Shown here: positions 25,405 to 37,348 of the stretch, in pieces
Layout of the letters: every line of letters begins with the position of its first letter
Numbering within the stretch: position 1 is the stretch's first letter
Assembly: GCA_040954595.2 (NCBI GenBank)
Contig: CM082577.2
Location: 9,325,846-9,389,845 of the forward strand
Direction of reading: 5' to 3'
Source of the DNA: Balanoglossus misakiensis
Taxonomy: Eukaryota; Animalia; Hemichordata
Length of the DNA: 64,000 nucleotides
The notes under the pieces: generated by a model
What the model was told of the DNA's origin: nothing
The model's input: only the letters and a program-made list of their open reading frames with translations
Databases searched by the model: none
Program-made: the position numbers and the translations under genes

Positions 25405-28050
25405 GCAAACATCGCATTGTACATCCATAGAATAAGTGCCGTTGGTGTGAAAGTACAGGCAGTTTAGCGCTTTCCTCCCACTCAGAATGGATCCACGCGG
25501 AAATCCACACAACCATAAGGTGCCGCATATTTGGACCACCAATTATACAAAACCTCTGTCATACAGTATCTTATTCATTGAATAGAACCTGATCGGGACA
25601 ATGAAGGGTACAGTTGTATCTCCTTTGTTTCAGAGGACAATAACATTACCCTTATACACGGTCACTCCACAAGTATTTGTGAAGTGACCGTGTCTTATAT
25701 AACCACAGTCCCTCCTGTTGAGAGACTTAGCGCCTGAACTAATTCATCAGACTGACAATATACTGTCTATGACTAATTAGTCTTGTTGAGAACCGTGTGA
25801 AAACTAGTACTTATCACCCATTGACTATGTACAGATGCCACGTACACATGTAAAAAAACTTTCCTTCAAAAATAAAACACTCTGATAAACAACTGTTTTA
25901 TTGCATTGGCCAGTACTGGAACATGTAGTTCTGATGACACAAATAACATGTTCTGTTTTTGGGGTGTTTATTTCTGTATTTCCTGTCCAAAAATATGAAT
26001 ATAGTGTTAAAGTTGTGGCAATACTAATTACTAGTAAGTTGTCTAAAAATAATACATTTTTGTGACCATGTTGTCTTGAAATCACAATATGGCAAGTATT
26101 AAGGGGAGCAAAATAACTTGCACCATACGTTACTACCATCACAGATCAAGTTATAAGTCAAACTGCAGATGTTTAATAAAAAATCCAACAGAGAAAGTGA
26201 TTTGACAGAGTCAGGAATGAAATTGAACACAAATCCTGATTAATACAAAGGGAAAGTGGATTTGCGTATGCATGATTTTTTTTTCAGACAACATTTTCTT
26301 TCAGTTTATTTGGAGAGTTTGGAAAGTTTTATGGAAATAAATTGGTCCCGGCACATTCCAGTTTCTTCAGTGGTTACAATATGATGTAGAAGTTGTTGAA
26401 TGTCAGAAAATTGATTGAGTTCACAGAACTGTGCCATATACATGTATGTACCATTATGTCAAAAAGTGTTTGCCAGATGTTAATGTCCAATTTAAATAAG
26501 GCACATCTGTTCTATTTGCCGATGTAAGCACATCTGTTTAGGTGTATTGTGGACCGACCGTTTGTGCGATTGTCTTTCCCCCCCCCCCCCCCCAACTTGA
26601 TGATCCCCTGTCTCACAGTGATAATGTCACACTGACCCCACCTAAAAGCAACAATGGGTTGGACCACGCCTTTTGTGGCTAAAATGAATAAATGATGGTT
26701 ATAGTTTACATGTACATTGTACGTATAACACGAAACAGCTAGTGAAGTGTAGAGTCAGAAATCAGATTCTTGACAACTTGGTTGGAATAGATTATCTATA
26801 CTGATCAATTTTTTGTGAAAATATTGATCTGTGACATTGAGTACAAGCGCTTTTTGTGAACTAATAAAATGCTTTTTAACAACTTGCCCTGATGAAGCTA
26901 CACGTTCAGACATGACAGCTGCAATTATAACTGCATGGAGTCAAACTTCGCCAATCCCTTATCCTAAAGTTTGTCAATTAATTACCTGACCAGTTAGTAG
27001 AGAGTTATAATTGTCATAATGTTCGTCTTTTGGCATGCAGATGTTTTTTTCCCGTCTCATAGATTAATTGAAAAAAAACTGGTACAGTTGGCTTCAAGTT
27101 GTCGTTAATGCACCTTATATTTAACCCAGGGTTGCAAACTTTGAATGCATACCCTCGCACTCCCAGAAGACCAATTGCCATGGTAACCAGCACACCGCGG
27201 CCATTGACCCTGTAGATTGCGAAGGTTAATGTGATCCACGACAGTTGGCGGTCACCAGTGTTTTGATTTCGGTCAGAGAAAAAAATTGACCACCAGGACA
27301 ATTTTTTTTGTCCTGATGTTAAATCGTGTTGAAGTGTCATAATGTCAACTGTGAAAGTGCCTTTTACTGTGCAAATCATCTTAAAAGATCAGGAGTTAGG
27401 TCAATCTTTTAGCGGATTTTTACAAGAAGACGTACTTACCACGTCCTTATAGAGGATCACGAGAGCGTTATACGGTTAGAATTCTCAAGGTACCTGATCT
27501 CTTTTACAAAGCATTCAATTCACGATCAATGTCCATTCACGTTATCTCTTTGAAGGTGATGGAACATTTCTATAGTGATGAATGCACCCAAGGTTCTTGA
27601 CATGCTAGGGTGGGATTACCCTATAGGACAGATTCAGTCCAAACAATGAATGATCCGCGATGTTATATACGAATCATTTCTCTCACGTTGCACGGCACAT
27701 GACCCAGTGCGTCAAATATACGTATTGGTAAAAAATCTGAAGGTTTATGTAATATGTTTTTCTTTTCCTTCCCAAGAAAACAGGTCTGTAAAGTAATCCA
27801 ATCGCCTAGTGAACTGTTTGCAAAGTTGATGAAATCAGTGTTTGAAAACAGTTAAAATTTGTTGTCTGCAGATCACAATAACAGACTTCTTGTCTTAAAG
27901 AAACATGAAGTTTCACTTCTGCACATTATACCATAAGTATTACAATCTGTGCTCAAGTCTGGGGAAGTATTAAAACATTCAACAACTTCAAGAACATGCG
28001 GTTAATATATTGTAAAGGAAATATGACAGAAGTATTATAAGTGGCTATAT

Positions 28051-28261
28051 ACTGTAAAACGGGTTATTTCCACGAGCAATAAATTTTCGCAAAATACACG
28101 AGAGCAAAAAATACGTGAAAATAAAAAGTCGCGTCTAATGTTTTCAGAGATAATGATGCAGTAAATGAAATAAGAGAACGCGAAAATTAATCCTCGCGTA
28201 ACAGTTGCCTCTTTTGATAACGCGAAAATTTCCTGTCGCGAAAAATAACCCGTTTTACAGT
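28051..28261. mobile_element. ~210-bp MITE, Tc1/mariner(pogo)-like
   Basis: Perfect 19-bp inverted termini ACTGTAAAACGGGTTATTT / AAATAACCCGTTTTACAGT. TA on the left and TG on the right suggest a decayed TA TSD. Internal CGCGAAAAT repeats are present. Confidence 0.85.
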
Positions 28262-28367
28262 GCTCTTACCGTGCCTAGCTCATACTGACAATCAATACTG
28301 TTTAGTACTCGATTCTGTATCAGCAACAACAGTGATCATTTCCATGTTTTAGATTTCCACTTCTGGC

Positions 28368-31300
28368 ATGGAAGTGATCCCAAGGTATTGTGACCTGCAT
28401 GGTTTTAATCGCGCAGCGTGGGTATTTCTTGTGATTTCCTGTGATTTATACGCACGTCACAGCTCTTGCGAACTCAGCAGGTACTTGTTTGGTTTCTGAT
28501 TGAATCAGTTACATATGAAACTAAAATAGAAATTTAAGTAAATAAACATTCTTCACGCCTATTTAGGGAGAAGTCAGTCATATTTCTTTTTTAAACTCTG
28601 ACCAACAGACCTGTGATATGTTTGGATTTGACTCACTCAAGTCAGCATTTTCCTGTTACCCTATACTCAGATCATGCTAGAAAAAAACTCAATGCTACCA
28701 AAGAGCTGTCACCTCTATTTTGTGCAGTTTTTACAATATATGTCCGAGAAAACAGCTATCCAAAATGCCAACTTACAGGGTTGATAAGCACACCACTCCA
28801 AATTCCACCACTGGCGAAGATTTTTACAATTCATGCAGCTGTCATCATTGCCATGGTTACTATCACCCTGTTACAGATAATGATGCCACTATAGTAGCCG
28901 GACGACGTGCCAAAAAAGGTACACTTTATTTGGCATATTTCTGATGAGTAACATATCTGTTATTTGTTTATCAGGGAAATTCTCATTTGAGGATAGGCTA
29001 GGTCAGGGACGCAATTAAGTCAAGTGGATCTGGCTGTCAGTAAAATAGATGGGATGAATAATTCTAAGGGAAGCAAGTTACAATGTGTTGCAATAATAGC
29101 ATAGTTTTTTCCTTGAATTGTCATCGTAATTCGATAAATACATATCCCAGACACATACTTTAAGCCACATTTTGGAGTTAAGATTTGAAAGTAGATGACA
29201 AGAAACAAGTTTAAATTCTTAGAATTTTTGTGTGGATTAAGTTTCGTATTGTTTTATGTCCTTGCACTTTTGACAGTCTTTTGAAATGAAAAAAAAAATC
29301 CATATGGCACAAGCAAACTGTGCATGTTATGTGGTAACTCCCTAGGTCTGAATGTTGTATTTTTCCATCAAATAACCAAAATATCTTTTTCAGATCTCAA
29401 ATAAAACTGAGATTTGAAAACAAAACCTATTGGATTTATAGAAGAAAACTGTCGATTTACTGATTTTTGTTGGTACCGGTTTATAATAAATATAGGTTAT
29501 ACATGTGTACATGCCTGATTGTAGTTTAATGAAGACAACTTGTGATGAACTGTCCTTGACTTTGGCTTTCAAAAGAGTACAAGGCAGATCACAGTAATAA
29601 GATGTCTCAGTGTAGTATTATCATATTACAGCTCCAACTCTCACTTTGATGTACAGGAATTCAGCTTTTTTCGGTCCAGCTGTAAACTTTGATTGTTTGA
29701 TAGAATTAATAATAGTACTCTAGAATGTGTCATGATTTCATCCACTAGGACACAAGAATTGGGAAGGAAGGGCTTCCCCTTTATACAAAGCCATCACTTT
29801 CTCTGATTTTGAACCATCTGCTGCCGCTAATACATCTTACAGTTTAACGGTTCTGCACACACATATTTGACGCACTGTATGCACTACTATATAACACAAG
29901 CTGTAAATACTCACTGTAAGCTGATAGATAAACCGTTACTTTGATTCATAAGATCAGAAGCATGGCATGGTTCTTGTCCCAGTGACAGTGTCCGCCACGT
30001 AATTCCTTGCGTAGTACATGTACTGTCAATGGAAAATGATGTTCAGCTAGTCACGGAACATGAAAACACGCCAATGAACATAGTTCGTTAGAGTGGAGTA
30101 TACGCTAGATATATCCTTGCACTAGATTGGTTCAAATTTTACGAGGTTGACTGAGGACAGACTAGCCGAGCTGCCGGGTCAGGTTACAGGGTATGGCACT
30201 ATGCTGCATTCCAAACGGTTGTGATTGTGAAACGCAGCCGATGTGGGATGCACTTGCAAACTGTAAATAATTTTTTCCCCAATTCTGAGTGACAGAAGGA
30301 GTGCCTTGGCGCTAACCCATCAGATTTAAGGTCGCGACCTCTCAATAGTAGAGTGATTAATGCAGCGCTGTGATTACTAGAACTGACTGGCCATACCATG
30401 TACAGTGTACATGTATGTGGGGGTTGATATACCAGGTGATGGTGTCACGTATAGGTTGCATTACAAAGCAAAGAGGGAAGGCATTGTTTTGTCATCCGGA
30501 GAGCTCTGTTATCTCTACATCAGACATTGTTTATTACTCTGCTGGTATGGTCGTTGCGCAGTTTCTTCTAAGTGGTTACGCAGTTCATGTTAGGGACATT
30601 GCATGTAGTGTCATAAAATGTATCAGTATTTTTGATTAATTGGTATTTGGTGTATTGATTGGTTATTTGTTTGTTTATTTACTATTTTTACTGATACATC
30701 TTTCGTTCGTTCGTTCGTTCGTTCGTTCATTCATTCATTCATTCATTCATTCATTCATTCATTCATACCAGTACATACACAAATATCAGAGTTTATGAAT
30801 TTGAAGAATTTTAGAAGAGTGCAAGTCGAAATTAAATTTTCAAATACATGCACCTAAGACAAAGACAAACTGTATAAAGGATGAAGTTTATTTTTATAAA
30901 ACTTCATGAAAGTCTACATTTTGAGTTTCATGTGATCTTATTGACTTTTAAACCCTTGTCAGTTTTACTTGCATCTTATCCCACCAGACCTGTACATTTT
31001 GTAACAGAATTTTTTTATGAGAAATTTTATTTTTTGTCATTGCCCCAGCAGTGTGATTATTAGCACAGTCATGAGTGGAATATCATCATGTTCTGTAGTG
31101 CAACAGATTAACAAACTTGTTGACCTCTTCTGTCACAGCCTGGAGTGTTTGTTGCCAATTGAGCAGGCGTACTGTAAATAGAAAAATGGAAAAAAAAATG
31201 TTTGTCAGGTGTCTGCGTGTGCACGTGAAAATAGTGCCCACAAAAGAATACACGCTGAATTTTGCACGTATGCCATGTGTCCTTAATGTTGAGTGCATGG

Positions 31301-32531
31301 CACCCAGACAGGTCAAAGGTCAGATATCTAGTCAGATACATGTATGCATGTAGCGGTACTCGGCAAAAGATAAAAAAAAAACTCTGGTGCAAGTTTTGCT
31401 GCAAAGAGGCAAGATGTATGTATATACATGTAGCCCAATGATTTATTTTCTTACTGACCACGTCAAATCGTTCAAAACATAAAAATGAAGTCCATCTACC
31501 GTAATAAATGTTGGTGTCATTCTGACCAATATATTTCGTTCACTTGGTTTTTTGGCTTAATTCACACATCAGGTATCTGCCATTTAAACCTGTGTAAATG
31601 GTTGTCCGGCAACCCCTGTTGAACAGGTCAAAGCACAATGGTGGCATTCATCGTTTCAGCATTTCTGTTTAATAAATGTCACATTGAACATGATCGATGG
31701 ACCCACTTGATAAATTTGGGAACGAAAATTTATTGTATGTATTTTGATTTGGATGATACGCCTGTGCCAGCTTTTCATGTAATTATTTGATTTCGTTTCT
31801 GACTTTAACACAGACAGATGTTTTCACAACTTCAAGGCGTCGCCAGAAGCCAGGATCTTCTCCAGTCCCTATTATCCCATGAACTATGACCCGGACTCCA
31901 TGTGCATGATCAGGATATCTTCACCCCGCGGTTACAGAGTTCAGGTGGAATTCTTGGAGATGGACATCGAGGAAACGGAGTACTGTGCATTCGACCATGT
32001 GGCAGTGCATGATGGGAGGCACCGAGCGTCGGTCAGGATTGGACAGTACTGCGGGACTCAGGTACCGAAACAGCCAATCGCGTCAACAGGTGAATTCATA
32101 TTTTTTGCTTCAAACGTACATGTGCATGTAAATTGTATGAGGTGATGTTCTGATTATTTGTATTCCTTTCGTAGAATATTCAATGTTGTTGTTCCCATCA
32201 TTGACATATGTTCCATCATCAGTTGTTTCAAATCACAACCTGTTTATGAGCATAACACATAAATAGTTCTATGATATAATATTTGGTATGGACCAGAAAT
32301 CATGTTAAGTCAGCATGCATCACTTCATTCTGGAGTAGGATTGTACCACTCTTGACAATGCACTAAATAAATGTTTTTCTTGCATTGTTTCTTTCCGTTT
32401 CATCAGGGAAGAGTATGCTGCTGTTGTTTGTTTCGGACGGAAATCATTCCGGGCGAGGGTTCAAGGCCAGGTATCGAGCCGTCTCATCAAAGTCGCAGAT
32501 CGGTAACTCAAACCAGCATATGGAACTGTGA
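28368..32531 (+). CDS. Single CUB-domain protein (~234 aa; proposed exons 28368-28480, 28728-28918, 31814-32089, 32407-32531)
   Basis: Exons 3-4 give a complete CUB signature (C…FSSPYYPMNY…C…VQVEFLEMDIE…CAFDHVAVHDG…IGQYCG…STGKSMLLLFVSDG…GRGFKARY) with GT-AG phase-1 joins; this part is high confidence. Exons 1-2 are less certain but join with compatible phases (2, then 1) to a 705-nt stop-free frame with a weak signal-peptide-like start. Confidence 0.7.
30702..30765. repeat. Compound microsatellite (TTCG)n(TTCA)n
   Basis: Direct reading of the sequence. Confidence 0.95.
31814..32531 (+). CDS. CUB domain exons
   Basis: Four conserved Cys, SPxYPxNY, DxVxVxDG, YCG, FxSD and GFKARY motifs; donor at 32090, acceptor catcag ending at 32406, stop TGA at 32529-32531. 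Confidence 0.92.
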
Positions 32532-34519
32532 ATTGATGGTCCCACTCTAAAAGAAGACAACAACAAGAAACTTGAATTTGGAAAGAACTCAAAAAAAATT
32601 TAAAGCTGTTATTATCACACCTGCCTCTCATCGCTTTCTTGGGTCAGATTTAGCTGTGCAATGTTTCGATCTAGGATGGCATCAGATGAAGTTCCTGCTA
32701 TTTGCAACCCGTAGCTTTTCACTGTATTATGGACAGGACCAAGGTGTTTGTGGTGAATTTCAACCCAAGCTTCATGGTCACACATGATTTGCATGGCTCA
32801 AATGTGATTGAAACTGAGTCATTTTTTCCATCATCCAAACCTTATGCAAATTTGCTCATTCTTTAATAGACAACAAAATAACATGAAACTGAACTACATC
32901 AGAAGGATTTCTTCTCGATTGGTGTACATGTGCCTTATCAGTCGGACCACAATTTCTGTATCAGAACACTTTTCATATTAGATGGTACTCTAGATTCACC
33001 AGTATAGATTCCACACAAAAAATCAGAATTTTTTTTAACCTAGTTCGAGAAATGTTTGTAGTATTTATAAATATATATTAGACAGTACAGTACTTAATGT
33101 ATTATTTTTATACTGGAGTGATATGCAGTACTGTTGACTTCACTCAAGAAATAAAAAATGTGAACAAAAGTTTAGATTTCAAAATTTAAAATGAGTGCAA
33201 ATACCATGTACCATTATTTAGTAATTCTTTTATTCTCTACTTACTGTTTTTATTTAATCTTTCTTATACTAACTATAATTATGGTTGAATGTTTGTAATT
33301 GTGTATTTACATCGATCCATTTCTGCTTTGGTGGTGCCTGTTTAGCCTGTTATCAAATGGAAGTGATACTCAAAGACATACTCGGATAACACTGTCTGTT
33401 CCTAATCATCATTTTGGACATCAGGTCATACCACATGCAAGCCCTGTAGAATTCGTGCAAATGACTTGTAAAATTGAGGGTTTTATCAAAAATTGGTGTA
33501 TTTTCTTGTAATCATGTGTAGATTATTTCATTTGAGAAAGTTTTGTATTTACTCGAATTTATTATACAAACATATTTATATGTACTAAAATTTATTGTCT
33601 ATATTTGATATCAATAAAGCATACATTGTATCCTTACAAATGTGGCATTATGTCTACTCTAGTCGTAGTATCTAACTGTATTTGTCCACTTTGCTTCCAA
33701 AACTTAGTTTTGGAAGCAAAATACGGCTAGATACTAGACTATGTCTACTCATACAAAACAAAATATATATTGGTCCTTACAGCAGCATCGTTGGTTTAAT
33801 AAAGTGGGCCCATGATTTCATTTTTCCTTCAAACACAAAATGGCTCATGCACAGGGTCTTGTTGTGAGGTTTACTGATGCTGTGTGTTCAGGAAAGAATA
33901 ACCGGTAATTTAGTGAAATGGATATAATAACATGTTTTGAAATGAGCTGGTGGCAATTACATGTAATCATGATCCCTCCATCACCCATGATGTAATGCTC
34001 ACTTGTGAAAAAAACAGCTGAACAACAAATAACAGTTGAAGACAAACGCCACTACACAACTCGAAAACATTTTTTCACGTCTTTTAGATCAACACTCATC
34101 TCTCTCAAGAGCCGAGACAGGTGACAGTTGTCTTTTGTGTATTTACATTCCAAGCCGTGAAAATGTTGGCAGCCGATCACATTGCCATAGCACAGTTGGC
34201 AAGTCAGTATTCATATTTGGTACATGATTCAACACTTGTGGTAACACCTGCTCGACTTCGATCAGAATGTGTCTGGCCTTTATATTCACATCAACACAAC
34301 CCTTGATCAGTGTTTATGACGTTGGAGACCACAGGTACTACATGATTACGGATATGTGCTGGCCATTATTAAGATCAGATTACAGCGTAATTTAATTTCA
34401 GCCTCAATGTCATAACAAAATCCACTCAAAATACAACAGACATTCATGCACTCAAACACATCCATTACATAAAAATTGATAAAAAAACTACAGACCATTT
34501 GGATTGTATGTAAATTTGT

Positions 34520-34525
34520 TTTATT
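34520..34525 (-). promoter_or_regulatory. Candidate MDN1 polyadenylation signal
   Basis: AATAAA on the minus strand ~580 nt downstream of the MDN1 stop; other AATAAA hexamers occur nearby, so use of this one is unproven. Confidence 0.35.
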
Positions 34526-35102
34526 TCAATTTCTCTTGAAACTTTAATACATACTTCAGCTGTACAAATAAAATCAGATATATGTGAAAATAATATCTCG
34601 ATATTTGTCTCAATGGGATTTCTTGTGTTCTCATTTTACATTTGAGACTTTCTCATGATACAATGTAGATCATCCTTGTTTTTTCAGAAGGAAAATGAAG
34701 CGTGAATTTAAATCAATTTTGTTACAGGGATTTCTGGCTACTACCTTAGTCCATATAAATCATATTTTATATTTTGTTGTGAACATTTTTCAAGTACCTT
34801 CCTGAAAACATTCGCAATGACGCATTCTTGTAGAATTCCATACATATTTGTTGGAACTATTGACACAGTTTGAACTAAAAGTTTTAAAATAATAAAAAGT
34901 TTCCTTCCTAAAACATTTTTTTATTAGTACATGTATATTACAAGTAAAAATAAATATATCTCTTCGGGAGGAAAATGCCAAGATATTGCACTTGGAATAG
35001 TAAAAGTAGCAAGCTTGCCCCTGATTGGCTGTAAATGACAATATGGCAGCCTTTGGTGATACCACAACCAATAACAAAAACTCTCCGAACTTTGTGTGCA
35101 TT

Positions 35103-37348
35103 TCAAGGGGTATCTGCTGTGACCAATTCAAACCACTGTCTTAGAGCGTCACTCAGCGTAGCGGGGAGGGCGTTGATGTCTCGTAGGATGATGTAGAACG
35201 GAAAGGGAAACTGTTCCATGTATTGTTTGATGTCTGGCATTTCGCCAGGGCCTTTGAAGATGGGTACCTTGATGTCTAAAATAGAATCCTGTCGGAAGAA
35301 AGAAAGTACAATAAGTTCAGTGTGCCTTGAGACTCATCTTCTGTGTTTTTTCTTGCATGTTTCACAGCGTCTGTACTTTTAGTAAATCTTACTCAAGAGC
35401 TGGAAAAATAAATTTGATTTCACCAAAGTGTATCACCTCTACAAGTTTAAAATTCTGCACAGTGTACATCGTACTATTTTATAAATTTCCCATACTGTGT
35501 ATTTACCAACACAAACGCACAATGCAGAGAGAGTTCTCTATTAGATGGTGGTTGATATTTTGCCTGTCAGGTATGCGACTAGATCAACAGAAATACCACT
35601 AACCTTATTGTCTGGGTTGTCCAGCACCACAAAGACGATGAACACATGAGCCTCTTTGGCCGCCCTGACCACCGATTTGACCACTTCCATACCCTCCAGG
35701 AATAAACCTCTGCCGTCAGACACTATCAGCAGAAGCTGTGAGGTGTCCAAGCTAGCTGTGCCTGGGTGTTGTCTCATACGGGCCGACATCATCACGCTGA
35801 TGGCTTTGTCCAGAAGCTGAGGAGAGATGAGAATGCAGGGTGTCGTATACACAGTCAGTGTAATGTAAGTGGATGCATTCTGTCTTTTTGCGGATACATA
35901 ATGCTTTTTGATGCTTGCAATGTGGACAGTCTGTGTTTGGGCCTTTTTTCTACACAGAACCAACATACATTGAGTAGAGGGACAATACAGTGTTAGTCCT
36001 CATGAGAGAATGTTGTTTGGTCCAACTACAAATGATCTTGTAATTTTCTTTATACGGGGCATGTTCCCCTTTAAAGGAAGTGATGTCACAGTTTCTTCCA
36101 CATATCTGATAGTTCACCATTCAGTAGTACAAAGACAAGCTTCAATATCCTTTCACTTTCTTCGCTCTTTTATCTTTATGTGAAGAGGAAGAAAATATGC
36201 CAATTCACTCTACCTGTGCTATTTTGGTTTTCTTCTGCTCAAACGTGAACTGCTGTAAAATCCTGGCACCAGACTGACTTGAAAACTGTTCATGGAATGG
36301 ATGTAGCAGCTCTACTGATTCTCCAAAGCTGAAAAAAAATCACAAAGGAATATTCTTTACACTGAAATGTTTTTGCAAGTTGGAGTGGTATAGTAAATGA
36401 TAGAGAGAACTTCTCGAATGATACATGTATATAACCTCTTCTTACATGTAGATACATATTTGGAATAATCTGAGAATCCAGACAGCTATAAAAACACATC
36501 TGTGAAGCTGGTGTGTAGGTCACCAAACATACCTGCAGACGGCTAACTCTCCCACTTCCAACCATGTCAGTGCATTACTAATGACAGCTAGTGATTCGAA
36601 TGCAAGCTGAAAATCAAGATGGAAAATTGAAAGTCATATTGCGCTGCGCCCATTTAAATAATAAACTCACGTCAATGCATTCACAACTGGTGGTGTTAAT
36701 CTGGTGTATAAAGAAAGTGTTAATCTACACTCATGTAATGTTTAAGTTGAACATAATTACTCATCTCTACATGAGCCCAGAATCTGTCACTGTACCGATC
36801 ATTTGGCACTCTGCAATCATCACCACAGTAACACATAAATAAAAAACAAACATCTTTTTAACAGCACTGAACAAAAAGAAATTTACCAATGCTGTGTTGC
36901 ATTACACATTACCTGTTTTGAGTGATTATCGGCCATACTGGAGGAATCATCCACAGCCAACATGATTTGGTAGTTGCGCTTGCTCGGTTTTGTCCGACGT
37001 AACCAAATCTTGTCCTTCCTAAACTGACTTGCTATGTAGGGAATGACTTTTCTCATGTTTAGTCTCTTGCCTGTGCGGTAGTCACCTCTATTGGGGTGTG
37101 GAGAGAAAAAGTAAGGCAATGGTGAAAATTAACACTCACGGCCAAACGGTAGCTGTTGAACACACACTCTTGAGGAATACTTCATAACAGTTAATATTTT
37201 GTGGCGCGAGACAGCCATAACCTGTAACCCACCTTAATTTAGTTGCCTGTGAAGGCTCCAAGACCAGTCTCAGTTGTTCACATAATTCTTGAGACAAACT
37301 GGAAGTTAGTGATTCGTATCTGTGCCAGGCTTCTTGGGCTACTTTCTC
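35103..37348 (-). other. MDN1: MDN1 C-terminal VWA/MIDAS domain exons
   Basis: DDSSS MIDAS motif (~36940), LAFESLAVISNAL and QLLLIVSDGRG over six short exons. Confidence 0.93.

Noticed and set aside
8480-28975. CTGATGA motifs as hammerhead ribozyme cores (e.g. ~8488, 26889, 28941)
   Set aside because: None is followed by stem II plus GAAA with compatible stems I and III.
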